DNA from: Myxococcota bacterium
Lineage (GTDB): Bacteria > Myxococcota_A > UBA796 > CAJQPC01
DNA length: 64,000 nt
Assembly: GCA_036012755.1 (NCBI GenBank)
Contig: DASCPX010000160.1
Span: 1-64,000 of the forward strand
Direction: 5' to 3'
The position numbers were made by a program, and so were the translations under genes. The notes under the pieces are model-generated. The model was not told the DNA's origin and searched no databases. It saw only the letters and a program-made list of their open reading frames with translations. This document shows positions 1 through 10,249 of the stretch, in pieces; position 1 is the stretch's first letter; each line of letters starts with the position of its first letter.

Positions 1-338
1 GATCTCCCGTCGTCGAGGAGCCCGTCGTCGAGGAGCCCGTCGTCGAGGAGCCCGTCGTCGAGGAGCCCGTCGTCGAGGAGCCCGTCGTCGAGGAGCCCGT
101 CGTCGAGCCCGTCGTCGAGCCCCCGCCAGAGCGCGCTGGTGACGCGAGGGAACCGGCGAAGAGCACGTCTGGAACGAGCAGTTCGAAGAAGAAGGCCTCG
201 ACCACCAAGGTGGGGCTCGGTGAACCGGAGAAGGGCTCCAAAGTGGGCCGCGCCAAGAAGAAGGGCGAGCCCGAAGCCGGTGCCGAGCCGGTGGAAGAGG
301 AGCCGGTGGAGGAAAACCCCTGGGGCGAGATCGAGTAG
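1..338 (+). CDS. 3' end of a CDS entering from the left; Pro/Glu/Lys-rich low-complexity tail ((PVVEE)n...ENPWGEIE*)
   Basis: Frame 3 is open from the window edge to TAG at 336-338 with GC3-rich codons; absent from the ORF track because it has no start. Confidence 0.7.
   Translation, partial: SPVVEEPVVEEPVVEEPVVEEPVVEEPVVEEPVVEPVVEPPPERAGDAREPAKSTSGTSSSKKKASTTKVGLGEPEKGSKVGRAKKKGEPEAGAEPVEEEPVEENPWGEIE
6..120 (+). repeat. 15-bp coding tandem repeat CCCGTCGTCGAGGAG (PVVEE), about 6 full copies plus shortened copies
   Basis: Directly visible; no spacers between units. Confidence 0.95.
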
Positions 339-342
339 GCGC

Positions 343-581
343 CTAGCAGGTTGCTGAAGAAGGCTCCCGAGGCCACGACGGCGGAGGCGAGTGCTGGTTG
401 GGCGCACGACGAGGGCGCTTGCCGAGGCAAGCAACCGAGGAGCCCGTAGGGACGGAAAGCCAGGCGTGGCCTGGCTTTCCGATGCGTTCGACCGGTGCAG
501 CATCCGCCGAGCCCGTAGGGGCGGCCGTCGCCGCTGGCGGCGGCCGATGGCCGACCAGGACGTTTTTCAGCAGCCTGCTAG
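343..581. mobile_element. MITE-like non-autonomous element
   Basis: Left end CTAGCAGGTTGCTGAAGAA; reverse complement of right end CTAGCAGGCTGCTGAAAAA (17/19 match); CTAG at both ends; internal hairpins at 417-432 and 454-480; no credible ORF. Confidence 0.75.
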
Positions 582-1066
582 CGCGACCGGCGAAGAGCCT
601 CTTCCCGGGAGATGACCCCTAGGAACTCGGTGCGACCAGACAGCCCGCGGCGCCTGTTCAGAACACCACGAGCCAGGGCGTAGATACGGAAGAAGCGCGC
701 CAGCGCCTTCCTCTGCGGCTCTGTCAGCCTGCCCTCGCCAGCGACCAGCTTGTCGTCGACGTCGCCCGCGTCCCAGAAGCGGACCACCCCGACGACATCG
801 CGCGCGACACGCTCGCCAGCGCGCAGGCGGGGACCAAGGACCACCACATCCACCGGGTCGCCGTCGGCGCCAGGCCACTCGGGCACGCAGCCATAGTTGA
901 AGGGGGACGGAACCGGGGAGACGAAGTCCACACGGCCGGGTCCGAGCACCGCGGCGAAGACGCCCGAGCGCTCCGTGCCGTCCAGCTCTCGCTTGATGAA
1001 GCCGCCCTTGGGGACCTCGATGAGAACCTCGACGCTCTCCGGCAAGTCCTGCGTCAAAGACGGCAC
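578..1066 (-). CDS. ppa: Family I inorganic pyrophosphatase
   Basis: IEVPKG, PFNYG, ADGDPVDVVV and DDKL motifs. Confidence 0.85.
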   Translation of the reverse strand: MPSLTQDLPESVEVLIEVPKGGFIKRELDGTERSGVFAAVLGPGRVDFVSPVPSPFNYGCVPEWPGADGDPVDVVVLGPRLRAGERVARDVVGVVRFWDAGDVDDKLVAGEGRLTEPQRKALARFFRIYALARGVLNRRRGLSGRTEFLGVISREEALRRSR

Positions 1067-1095
1067 GCCCAGGTGCTACCACGGCTGGGACGGAT

Positions 1096-1731
1096 ATGCT
1101 GGCGGCCGGAGGCGCAATGCTGTTCATCCTCGCCCTTTGGGGCTGCCAGGACCAGACCTTCTCCCAACACGACGCCGATATCGACAACGTCGAAGGCGCC
1201 GGCGTGCTCACCTACAGTCCCGAGATCCTCCTGTGGACGGACCTCGAGGTCGGCAACACCGTGGGCCAGGCGGTCACGATCGACTCGGTCGGCGAGCTGA
1301 ACCTGATGGTCTACGAAGCCCGCATCATCCAGTCCGCAAACGGTCAGTTCTACATGTCGGAGACAGAGGACAAGACCATCGGACCCGGCGGGAGCTTGCC
1401 CATCGACGTGGTGTGCAGCCTCAACCGCGACCAGCCGATCGAGGGCGTGCTGCAGATCAAGACCAACGACGTCGACCACATCACCTTCGAGGTGCCGCTG
1501 CAGGCCTTCCCCCTCGGCTGGACCGAGGACACCGGGGACACAGGCGGCGACACCGGGGACACAGGCGGCGACACCGGGGACACAGGCGGCGACACCGGGG
1601 ACTCCGGCGGCGACACCGGGGACTCTGGCGGCGAGGACACTGGCGGCGACACCGGGGACACAGGCGGCGAGGACACTGGCGACGGCGGAACGGAAGACGA
1701 CACCGGGGACGGTGGAGAAGCGAGCCCCTGA
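1096..1731 (+). CDS. Lipoprotein with an Ig-like (choice-of-anchor D/ASH-like) domain and acidic GGDTGDT tail; start may be 1117
   Basis: LALWGC lipobox, beta-rich core ending LQIKTND, repeat tail. Confidence 0.65.
   Translation: MLAAGGAMLFILALWGCQDQTFSQHDADIDNVEGAGVLTYSPEILLWTDLEVGNTVGQAVTIDSVGELNLMVYEARIIQSANGQFYMSETEDKTIGPGGSLPIDVVCSLNRDQPIEGVLQIKTNDVDHITFEVPLQAFPLGWTEDTGDTGGDTGDTGGDTGDTGGDTGDSGGDTGDSGGEDTGGDTGDTGGEDTGDGGTEDDTGDGGEASP
1528..1710 (+). repeat. 21-bp coding tandem repeat encoding DTGDTGG
   Basis: GACACCGGGGACACAGGCGGC repeated, then degenerating. Confidence 0.95.
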
Positions 1732-2441
1732 AGGTCGCTGATCGCTGGAGCACAGAGGACCTCGGGCTCCCGCGACCGGCCACCGTCAGCTGCCTGTTGG
1801 AGCTGTCCAGCGGGGACATCGCCCTAGGCAGCGACTACGGCATGGTGATCCACAGGCGTGGACGCTTCCTCCCCTTCCCCTTCCCCTTCCCCAAGGGGGC
1901 GCGACGGGAGAATCGCCACGTCGTCTCGATGGCGGAGCTCGACGGAGTCCTCCACGTCGCCACCATGAAGGGGCGCTTCAGCTGGCCTTTCCAGGGCGAG
2001 GCCGCGGGGCGGGGGCTTCCTCGGGACGGTCAGGGCGGCTTCGACGATCTCCGCGCGCTCCACACCAGCGCAGGGAGGCTCCTGCGGGGCTAGCGCACCC
2101 ACCTCGAGGGAGGCGAGGGACCGGGCGAGTGCATCAGCTTCGCGAACGCATGGGGGCGGGTCTTCGCCGGCACCCTCGACGGGCACTTCGTGGAGGTCGA
2201 CGGGTCGCCGATACGCCGCTGGGACGGGGAGGTGTGGACCTCGAGGAACATCGAACCCTGCGCGCTGCACGCCTCGCAGGGGCAGCTCTGGGCGCTCGCA
2301 CAAGGGGGTCTGTGGGTCTCAGGGTTCGGGGACTGGCCCCGGCGGGTCGATGTCGACCTCGTCCGCCCCTGGGCCCTCGGGAGCCTCCCCGGGGAGCTCT
2401 GGATCGGGGAGAAGGGCGGGCTCGTCCGGCTCCTCCTCTGA
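1728..2441 (+). pseudogene. Beta-propeller-like hypothetical protein interrupted by an in-frame TAG (2091-2093)
   Basis: The coding-like tail of ORF 897..2093 and ORF 2190..2441 share a frame and read through LLRG*RTHLEGGEGPGECISF; CTGA overlap with the upstream stop. Confidence 0.6.
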
Positions 2442-3884
2442 GACCATCGGTACCCAGATGATGGTCGGCTTCACCTTCCAGCCCGTCTTCGTCTGAAAGG
2501 TCCGCCCGCTGTACTTCAGCCGCTCGCCTTTGTCGTAGTGCAGCTCCAGCCCGTGCTTGGTGTGGCGGTCGGGTGTGAGCACCGCCGCCCAGCGCTGCGA
2601 GGCCAGGGCCGTATCGACACGCTTGGCCTCCTTCTTGTAGGGACCGCCTCGGTGATCGATGTCCCACAAGGCGATGAGCGGCAGGCTCGGCGTCTTTCCG
2701 GCCATCGCGGGGTACCACGGAAAGTGCGGCGCAAAGACCTCGCCGTCGACAGCCTCGATCGCTGCGATGACCCGCTCTCCGGCGGCGACGTCGTCCTCTG
2801 TCGGGATCATCCTCTGGGCGTCCCAGCGGGTCTCCCAGAGCTGCCACCCGGTCAGCCCACAGGCCAGCGCCAAGACGACCGGATGCGACCAGTCGCGCAC
2901 GACCACGCCGAGCATCGCCATACCGCACACAGCCAGGGCCCAGTGGCCGGGCATGAGCACGTTCACGTAGCCACCGTGGTGTGCCCGCATGAGGATCGAG
3001 GCGCCGATGGCCGTCACCGTCACGAGGACCCAGTAGAGGCCCGCCTTGGTGAAGCGCCTCCTGGCGATCCACACGAGCCCCAGCACCGCCGCGGCGATGT
3101 TGCTGTAGAGGAACACGGTGGCGAGCTCGAGCTCCGACTTGGGCCAGGCGCGCTCGGCCACCAGGGGGTGGGAGGCCGGGACCTCGAGCAGGTAGGTCAG
3201 GTAGTGCCCCTCTGACGCGACCTGGATGGCGACGGTAGCCAGCAGCGCCGGGACCACGCTCGCCAGCGCGAAGACCCCCGCCCTGCGCGCGCCGTGGGCG
3301 ATCCACACCCACGCCAGCATGCCCACCCCGAACATGGCGTAGTTTTGCTTCGCCAGGAACGCGAGCACGAGCAGCAGTCCGCTCGCGACGACAGCCCGCC
3401 TGGAGCCGACTCGGCAGAGGGCGATCGACCAGGCCGCGAGCCCGATGGCCAGGGCGTCCGCGCGGACGAGGTCATAGAAGGTGCCGCTTTCGTCGAAGCA
3501 ACCCAGGAAGAGCCCCGCTGCCGCTGCCGCGAAGCCCCATGACGCCCCCTCCCTGTGGACGGCGAAGGCGGCGGCTCCAGCTGCGGCGAGGGTCCCGATG
3601 AGCGAGATGCTGCGCCCAACGACGTAGCTCGGCTCCCCGAGCAGGCTCATCAGCCAGGGGTACAGGGGCGGGTAGATGTAGGGAATCCAGTCGGCGTCGG
3701 GCTCCATGTAGAGACCCAGGCCCTCTCGAAGCCGCCAGACATGGACCAGCATGCCCCCCTCCATCCACTCGATGTCGAAGGGGTAGACGATGCGCTGGAA
3801 CGAGCCATGCAGCAGGTAGGCGAGCAAGCCTCCGGCGAGGACCACCAGGGGCACCTGGAGCAGGATCGGCAGGATGCGCTTCAC
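2319..3884 (-). CDS. Polytopic membrane glycosyltransferase (GT-C fold, ArnT/PMT-like)
   Basis: Many TM segments; YIYPPLY, RADAL and LAKQ motifs. Confidence 0.7.
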   Translation of the reverse strand: MKRILPILLQVPLVVLAGGLLAYLLHGSFQRIVYPFDIEWMEGGMLVHVWRLREGLGLYMEPDADWIPYIYPPLYPWLMSLLGEPSYVVGRSISLIGTLAAAGAAAFAVHREGASWGFAAAAAGLFLGCFDESGTFYDLVRADALAIGLAAWSIALCRVGSRRAVVASGLLLVLAFLAKQNYAMFGVGMLAWVWIAHGARRAGVFALASVVPALLATVAIQVASEGHYLTYLLEVPASHPLVAERAWPKSELELATVFLYSNIAAAVLGLVWIARRRFTKAGLYWVLVTVTAIGASILMRAHHGGYVNVLMPGHWALAVCGMAMLGVVVRDWSHPVVLALACGLTGWQLWETRWDAQRMIPTEDDVAAGERVIAAIEAVDGEVFAPHFPWYPAMAGKTPSLPLIALWDIDHRGGPYKKEAKRVDTALASQRWAAVLTPDRHTKHGLELHYDKGERLKYSGRTFQTKTGWKVKPTIIWVPMVSEEEPDEPALLPDPELPGEAPEGPGADEVDIDPPGPVPEP

Positions 3885-4675
3885 GCGTACTCGTTGAACC
3901 CGCCGTCGCCGAGAAAGCCCACGAGCTGCATGCCCGAGCGCTCCGCGAGGTCGACCGCGAGGCTCGACGGGGCACCAAGGGCGGCGAGGACAGGGACCCG
4001 AGCCACCAGGGCCTTCTGCACGATCTCGAAGCTGGCCCGGCCGCTCGTCAGCAGGACGCGATCGTCGACGGGGACCGCGTCTGCGAGCAGTCGCCAGCCG
4101 AGGATCTTGTCGACGGCGTTGTGTCGACCGATGTCCTCGCGCAGGACCTCGAGCCTCCCGTCTATCGTGAACAGCGCCGCGGCGTGGAGCCCCCCGGTCC
4201 TCTCGAAGGTCTCCTGCACCGCGCGCATCCTGGAGGGCAGCGCCAACAGCTGCTCCGAAGAAGCCCTCGACACCGATCCCAGAGGGGGCACCACGCGCAG
4301 CACGTTGTCCAGGGTCGCCTTGCCGCAGATGCCACAGCTCGAGGAGGCGAAGAAGGCCCGCTGCGCGCTGGCGAAGCGGTCAGCGCGGATGCCCTCGGCG
4401 AGACGCACGTCGATCGTGTTGTCCTGGGGGTCCAGGGGATCCCGGATCTTGGCGATGGCGAGCACGTCGTCCGCTCCGTCCACCACACCCTCGCTGTAGA
4501 GGAAGCCAGCGGCGAGCTCCTGGTCATGACCCGGAGTCCGCATCGTGACCGCCAGCGGGCGACCCTCTACGCGGATCTCCAGCGGCTCCTCGGTCGCCAC
4601 GCGATCGTCCCCGGCGGCACCTTCCGGCTGCCGCATCACTCGCACCGGCTGACTGGGGTTCATCGCAGCGCGCAT
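3881..4675 (-). CDS. fdhD: Formate dehydrogenase accessory sulfurtransferase
   Basis: EEPLEI, TMRTPG, SSCGICG, TGGLHAAA, REDIGRHNAVDK. Confidence 0.95.
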   Translation of the reverse strand: MRAAMNPSQPVRVMRQPEGAAGDDRVATEEPLEIRVEGRPLAVTMRTPGHDQELAAGFLYSEGVVDGADDVLAIAKIRDPLDPQDNTIDVRLAEGIRADRFASAQRAFFASSSCGICGKATLDNVLRVVPPLGSVSRASSEQLLALPSRMRAVQETFERTGGLHAAALFTIDGRLEVLREDIGRHNAVDKILGWRLLADAVPVDDRVLLTSGRASFEIVQKALVARVPVLAALGAPSSLAVDLAERSGMQLVGFLGDGGFNEYA

Positions 4676-4764
4676 AACCGTCCGAACAAGCGTTCACTTG
4701 CACATCCGTTCAGGGGGCGGTAGACAGGTGTCGGCCCGCCAGCCTTCCGTCCATCGGGCAGACC

Positions 4765-7098
4765 ATGGACATCCACGACATCCTCAGAGACCGCTTCGGC
4801 CTGGAACGTTTTCGTCCAGGTCAGGAAGAGGTCGTTGCACATCTCATCGACGGCGACGACGCCTTGGTCGTCATGCCCACGGGCGCGGGGAAGTCCCTGT
4901 GCTTCCAGGCTCCGGCGCTGGCCCGCGGCGGCACGACGCTGGTCGTCTCACCGCTGATCGCGCTGATGAAGGACCAGGTGGACGGGCTCGTCGCCCGCGA
5001 CATCCGGGCGACCTTCATCAACTCCTCGCTCGCACCCTCCGAGCGGCAGGATCGCATAGAGGGCATGGAGCGCGGCCGGTGGGAGCTCGTCTACGTCGCG
5101 CCGGAGCGCTTCACGCCGCGCTTCCTGGCCAACATCGAGCGCTGCGACATCCGCCTGCTCGCGATCGACGAGGCTCACTGCCTCTCCCAGTGGGGCCACG
5201 ACTTCCGGCCGGACTACCTCCGGCTGGGGCGCGTGCGCGATGTCCTCGGCGACGTTCCGACCGCAGCCTTGACGGCCACCGCCACGCCCCGGGTCCAGGA
5301 CGACATCGTCCAGAGCCTGGGCCTGCAGTCTCCCCGCCGCTTCATTCGTGGCTTCGACCGCGAGAACCTCGTGCTCGAGGTCGTCCACGCAGGCGGCCAG
5401 CGGGACAAGGTCGCGATGCTGCCGGACCTCGTGCGGGGCTCGACGGCGCTCGTCTACTGCGCGACTCGCAAGAACGTCGAGCGGGCGACGCGGGCGCTGC
5501 GGGAGGCCGGAGTGCCGGCGGAGCGCTACCACGGTGGCCTCGAGGCATCGGAGCGCAGCCGGGTCCAGGACGCCTTCATGAGCGGACGGGCGCCGGTAGT
5601 GGTCGCCACGAACGCCTTCGGCATGGGCGTCGACAAGGACGACGTGCGCGTGATCGTCCACTGGGACATCCCTGGCACGGTCGAGGCCTACTACCAGGAG
5701 ATCGGACGCGCCGGACGCGACGGGCTGCCCAGCCGCGTCGTGCTGCTCTACAACCCCTCCGATCGAAGGACGCAGGAGTTCTTCATCAAGATGGGTCACC
5801 CACCCGTCGGGCATGTCCGCGCCATCTACGACCGCTTGCTGTCAGAGCGGACCAACCCGGTCTTCATCCGGCGCGGGGATCTCGCCGACTGCCTCCCGGA
5901 CGAAGCCGGCGGCGAACGAACGGCCAGCTCCTGCGTCTACGTGCTCCAACGAGAGGGCTGGGTGCGCCGCATCCACCCGGCCGAGCGACCAGGTCGCGTG
6001 GTGCTTCGGACCGATGCCCCCGGGGATCTGCCAAGCGGCATGCGCGGCGACGTGCTGAGCCTGGTGAGGGAGCGCCTGGTCGCCTTCCCGGGCGAGGCTC
6101 TGGTCGTACGGCCCGACCGGTTGGCCCAGGACCTCGGCCTGGAGCGCGAACAGCTCGGGAACGCCCTGAGGGGTCTGGAGGCGCGCGGCTACCTGGCCTG
6201 GCGCCCCCCGGAGCGCATCGGCGGCGTCGAGCTGGTTCGACCCCAAGACCCCCTGGAGCTCGACGAGACCCGGCTGCGCGCACGGCGTCGTCAGGAGTTC
6301 GAGAAGCTCGACCGGATCATCGACTACGCAGACTCCGCCTGCCGCCGCCGCTACCTGCTCGAGTACTTCGGCGAGCGCCCCTCGTGGGAACGCTGCGGCA
6401 CCTGCGACAGCTGCCGCGAGGGGCGGGAGCTGCCACTGGGTCCCCGCCCGCTGTCCCCTGACGAAGAGCTCCTGGTCCGCAAGGCGCTCTCCTGCGTCGC
6501 CCGCATGGCCCAGAAGCGCCCGGGCCAGGGCTTCTCGGCAGGTCTCGTCGCGAAGGTGCTGACAGGCAGCAAGGACCGGACCGTGCTCGCCTTCCAGTTC
6601 GACCGACTCTCCACCTGGGGCATCCTGAAGGAGCTGCCTCCTGGGGACGTCGAGCGCATCCTGGAGGCGCTGGCTCGCGCCGGCGCCTTGAGGCGCGACC
6701 ACGTCACGCGACAGCTCAAAGGCCGAGAGATCACCTACCCGGAGCTGTCGCTCACCGAGAAGGGTCGGGCCGTGATGTTCCAGAAGACGCCGGGCTTCTT
6801 GATGACCTGGCCAAAGGTCCACGTCAAACGGCGCCCGAGACCGCCTCCCCGGCGCCCTGGAGAGGTGCGCGTCGCGACGGACCTGCTCGTCTACCTCCAG
6901 GAGATCCGCCGGAAGCTGGCCTCGGCGGCGGACGTTCCAGCCTACGTCGTCGCCCCGAACCGCACGCTGGAGGACATGGCGTCGCTGCGCCCCACCACCC
7001 GACACGGGATGCTCGCGGTTCACGGCATGGGTCCGGTGCGCTTCAGTCGCTACGGGTCACCCTTCCTGGAGGCGATTCGCAGCTGGCAAGGAACCTGA
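4765..7098 (+). CDS. recQ: RecQ-family ATP-dependent DNA helicase with Zn-binding, RQC and HRDC domains
   Basis: MPTGAGKS, DEAHCLSQWGHDFRPDY, ATNAFGMGVDK, YYQEIGRAGRDG, CRR..CGTCDSC, C-terminal HRDC. Confidence 0.95.
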   Translation: MDIHDILRDRFGLERFRPGQEEVVAHLIDGDDALVVMPTGAGKSLCFQAPALARGGTTLVVSPLIALMKDQVDGLVARDIRATFINSSLAPSERQDRIEGMERGRWELVYVAPERFTPRFLANIERCDIRLLAIDEAHCLSQWGHDFRPDYLRLGRVRDVLGDVPTAALTATATPRVQDDIVQSLGLQSPRRFIRGFDRENLVLEVVHAGGQRDKVAMLPDLVRGSTALVYCATRKNVERATRALREAGVPAERYHGGLEASERSRVQDAFMSGRAPVVVATNAFGMGVDKDDVRVIVHWDIPGTVEAYYQEIGRAGRDGLPSRVVLLYNPSDRRTQEFFIKMGHPPVGHVRAIYDRLLSERTNPVFIRRGDLADCLPDEAGGERTASSCVYVLQREGWVRRIHPAERPGRVVLRTDAPGDLPSGMRGDVLSLVRERLVAFPGEALVVRPDRLAQDLGLEREQLGNALRGLEARGYLAWRPPERIGGVELVRPQDPLELDETRLRARRRQEFEKLDRIIDYADSACRRRYLLEYFGERPSWERCGTCDSCREGRELPLGPRPLSPDEELLVRKALSCVARMAQKRPGQGFSAGLVAKVLTGSKDRTVLAFQFDRLSTWGILKELPPGDVERILEALARAGALRRDHVTRQLKGREITYPELSLTEKGRAVMFQKTPGFLMTWPKVHVKRRPRPPPRRPGEVRVATDLLVYLQEIRRKLASAADVPAYVVAPNRTLEDMASLRPTTRHGMLAVHGMGPVRFSRYGSPFLEAIRSWQGT

Positions 7099-7106
7099 GT
7101 GCTACC

Positions 7107-9548
7107 TTGCTGAGCGTGGTGTTCCTGTGGATTGCGCTCAACGGCGACGCGCGCGCTCAGGACGGCTGGGGAGGCGACCAGCCCGCCGAAGAGCCTGCCC
7201 AGGATCCCGTGCATGAGCGCGACGAAGATCCCTCGGACGAGCCTGGCGATCTCGAGTTCCTCCCGCCCTCACTCCTCGAAGTACCCGCTCTGGCCTGGCC
7301 CGAGGGCGTGCCACCGCGATCGGTCCCCGTCGTGCTGGGGCTGCTCATCGACGAAAGCGGCGCAGTCGAGGACGCTTACCTCATCGACGGGCCCGAGCCC
7401 TTCGCGACCCTGGCACTGGAGGCCGCGCCGGGCCTCGAGTTCAGCCCGGCGACCGACGGCGGCGAGCCCATCGTCGTCGAACTTCCCTTCACCTGGACCT
7501 TCGACCCACCGCCGGTGAACGTCACCGGGCATCTCCGCGTCGCCGGGTCTCGGGCTCCGGCCCAGCGCGTGACCGTGCACCTCGACGGCAAGGACACCGA
7601 GACCGACGCCGATGGCCACTTCGAGTACCGAGGCATCGCGCCAGGCCCCCACGTCATCGAGATCGTCGACGCGGGGCTGCGCGTCAAGCCAGTCGAAGTG
7701 GTCGTCGTCGCCGACGAGATCCTGGAGCTCGAGATCCTCGCGAAGCCCGAGTCCGGCTCTGACGAGGCCATCGGCGTCTACTACCGAAGCCGGACAGAGG
7801 TCGTCAGCCGCGCGCTCACGGCCGACGAGCTCCGAACCACTCCAGGCACGATGGGTGATCCGGTCCGGGCGGTCCAGAACCTGCCCGGTGTCGTGCGAAC
7901 CCCCTTCGACTCGGGCTGGCTGCTCGTCCGAGGCGGCGACCCAGAGGACACAGGTGTCTTCATCGACGGCGTCCGCGTGCCGCTCATCTACCACCTCGGC
8001 GGCTTCACGAGCGTGATGCACCCGGCGATGGTCGAGGGGATCCGCTTCATGCCCGGCGGCACCAGCGCCCGCTACGGCCGCGCCACCGCCGGGGCCGTCG
8101 ACCTCGACACCGCCGTGGTCGAGGGACAGCGGCGAGTCGAGCTCGGGGCCGACCTGATCCACGCCGGCGTCTACCTCCAGACGCCGATCACGGACAACCA
8201 CAACGTCGCGCTGGCCCTCCGGCGCTCCTACCTGGACAAGGCCCTCCAGGTCGCACTGTCAGAAGAACAAGCCCGCATCGCTCCTCGCTTCTTCGACTGG
8301 CAGGTGCGCTGGGACAGTGACCACTTCGGGCTCTTCTTCCTCGGCTACAAGGACAGCATCGACGCTCCCACCGGCAACGACGACGAGGTCGTCGAGGTCG
8401 ACATCCTCACCAACCGCCTGCACGGGCGGGCCGAGTTCGACACCGCCCTGGGGCACTTCCACCTCACCCCTGTCGTCGGGCTCGACGAGCGCGTCTTCGA
8501 CTACAGCACCGAGTACCAGGAGCTGACCCGGAACACGGGCGCTCTCCGCGCGGAGCTCTCCGCTCCAGACGACCACCGCCTCGACTACGTCGTCGGAGTC
8601 GATGGACTTGGGGGCACCTACCGCATCGCGGTCGACCAGACGGAGCGGGAGAGCAGCTTCGTCACCGTCGATCCCTACGCAGCCATCCGGGTCGGCGACG
8701 ACCGGAGGGTGACGCTGGGCGGCCGTGCCGACACCCTGTACCTTCCAGGGCACCTGCTCCGGACCGGGCTGAGTCCCCGGCTCCAAGCAGCCTGGCAGGT
8801 GAACCGCCGGCTGCAGCTCGTCGCGGACGCGAGCATCGTGCACCAGCCACCACCCTTCGACATCCTGGTGGGCCTGCCGGACGGCAAGTACCTGGACCTC
8901 GAGAAGGCACGGGGCACCGGGGCCGGCGCCCGCCTGCGCGGCCAGAACATCGGCTTCGACATCGACGGCTACTGGCGGCACCTCGACCGCGTCACGCTGT
9001 TCGAGGACGACGGGACCATCACCCAGGGCCGCGGCATGGCCTACGGCATCGAGACCCTGACGCGCTGGAGCTGGCGGAGCTTGGGAGGCTGGATCGCATA
9101 CACCTACAGCCGCAGCCTGCGCCAGGAGGAGCTGGGAGACCTCTATCGTCCACACATCTACGACCAGCCCCACTACCTGGTGGCCGTGATGAGCTGGGAC
9201 CTGCCGCGGCAGCTGACCCTGGCCGGCCGGTGGCGCTACGGCGCCGGCTACCCCCGCCTGGCGGACGAGGCCTACGACCTGCTCCAGACGGACTCGCTGG
9301 AGGTGCCGCTCGACACGCGCCTCGACCGCCTCCCGCCCTACCACGCGCTCGACTTGAAGATCTCCAAGCGCGCCACCTTCAGGGCCTGGCAGCTCGAGGG
9401 CTACCTGGACATCCAGAACGTCTACAACCGGCGGATCCCAGAACCCCTCATCACGGGCATCGACGACACCGAGACCGTCTACGGCTTCGGCCTGCCGGTG
9501 CTGCCCATCTTTGGCCTGAAGGGGGTCTTCTGGCCCGGCGCCGGCTGA
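7107..9548 (+). CDS. TonB-dependent receptor with N-terminal TonB-C and carboxypeptidase-regulatory-like domains
   Basis: Plug motif PGTMGDPVRAVQNLPGV, LVRGG, SARYGRATAG; barrel C-terminus YLDIQNVYN...GLPVLP. Confidence 0.9.
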   Translation: MLSVVFLWIALNGDARAQDGWGGDQPAEEPAQDPVHERDEDPSDEPGDLEFLPPSLLEVPALAWPEGVPPRSVPVVLGLLIDESGAVEDAYLIDGPEPFATLALEAAPGLEFSPATDGGEPIVVELPFTWTFDPPPVNVTGHLRVAGSRAPAQRVTVHLDGKDTETDADGHFEYRGIAPGPHVIEIVDAGLRVKPVEVVVVADEILELEILAKPESGSDEAIGVYYRSRTEVVSRALTADELRTTPGTMGDPVRAVQNLPGVVRTPFDSGWLLVRGGDPEDTGVFIDGVRVPLIYHLGGFTSVMHPAMVEGIRFMPGGTSARYGRATAGAVDLDTAVVEGQRRVELGADLIHAGVYLQTPITDNHNVALALRRSYLDKALQVALSEEQARIAPRFFDWQVRWDSDHFGLFFLGYKDSIDAPTGNDDEVVEVDILTNRLHGRAEFDTALGHFHLTPVVGLDERVFDYSTEYQELTRNTGALRAELSAPDDHRLDYVVGVDGLGGTYRIAVDQTERESSFVTVDPYAAIRVGDDRRVTLGGRADTLYLPGHLLRTGLSPRLQAAWQVNRRLQLVADASIVHQPPPFDILVGLPDGKYLDLEKARGTGAGARLRGQNIGFDIDGYWRHLDRVTLFEDDGTITQGRGMAYGIETLTRWSWRSLGGWIAYTYSRSLRQEELGDLYRPHIYDQPHYLVAVMSWDLPRQLTLAGRWRYGAGYPRLADEAYDLLQTDSLEVPLDTRLDRLPPYHALDLKISKRATFRAWQLEGYLDIQNVYNRRIPEPLITGIDDTETVYGFGLPVLPIFGLKGVFWPGAG

Positions 9549-10239
9549 TCAGTCCTTGCGCCCGCGGACGAGGCGCTTGATGTTCTCCGCGCTGACACGC
9601 GTCTGGAGCAGCTCCCCGAAGCTGGGCATCGACCCGTCGGCTGGGATGTCCTTGCCCTTCACGATCTCCGCCGTCATGAGACGCTTGAACGACCCGGCCG
9701 AGACCGGCTGACGCAGCAGCGCGAGCATACCGGCGCCCTTGGGCAGCGGATCGCCCTCGGGTCCGCCACCGTCGATGCCACTGAGGGTCTTCCTGATCGA
9801 CGGATTCGCCAGGATCTGACCCCAGGAGCGACCCCCGTGCAGAGACGTGTCGTCCACCTGGCCACCGGACTCCAGCCGCGCCGCCTCACGGGCTGCTTCC
9901 TTCAGGTGAGCCCAGCAGATCGCCGCGATGTCCGTGCCCGTGAGCTCCGCCGGGACGAAGCTGTCGACCCGGTACATGCGAGCCACCTTCTCGCGTCCAG
10001 CCTGGCCGACCTTCCTACCCGCCCGGCCGCCCATAGACCGTGATGAGGGCGTCGCTCCCGAGCGCCCCTCGCAGCTCCTTGCCGACGAACAACCCATGGT
10101 TGTCTCCCTGGTGCTGGCTCACGGCGACCAGGAAGGGCTTCCGACCCTCCACCAGCGCGAGCGCAGCCTCCAGGTTGGCAGCGGCGAGGACCTCTGCTTG
10201 GTCATGAAGCAAAGGAACAAGCTCGTGCCACCAGGTCAA
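9549..10239 (-). pseudogene. Hypothetical protein (N-terminal part loosely receiver-like) split by an apparent +1 frameshift near 10017-10021
   Basis: Removing one G from GGC GGG T joins ...VYGRPG to GRKVGQAGREKVARMYRVD; alternatively two separate genes (10015..10239 and 9549..9977). Confidence 0.5.
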
Positions 10240-10249
10240 GTCAAACCCG

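Noticed and set aside
6..120. Possible CRISPR array
   Set aside because: Contiguous 15-bp units without spacers, in frame in a CDS; no cas genes seen
1528..1710. Possible CRISPR or non-coding VNTR
   Set aside because: 21-bp in-frame repeat encoding a Gly/Asp/Thr linker
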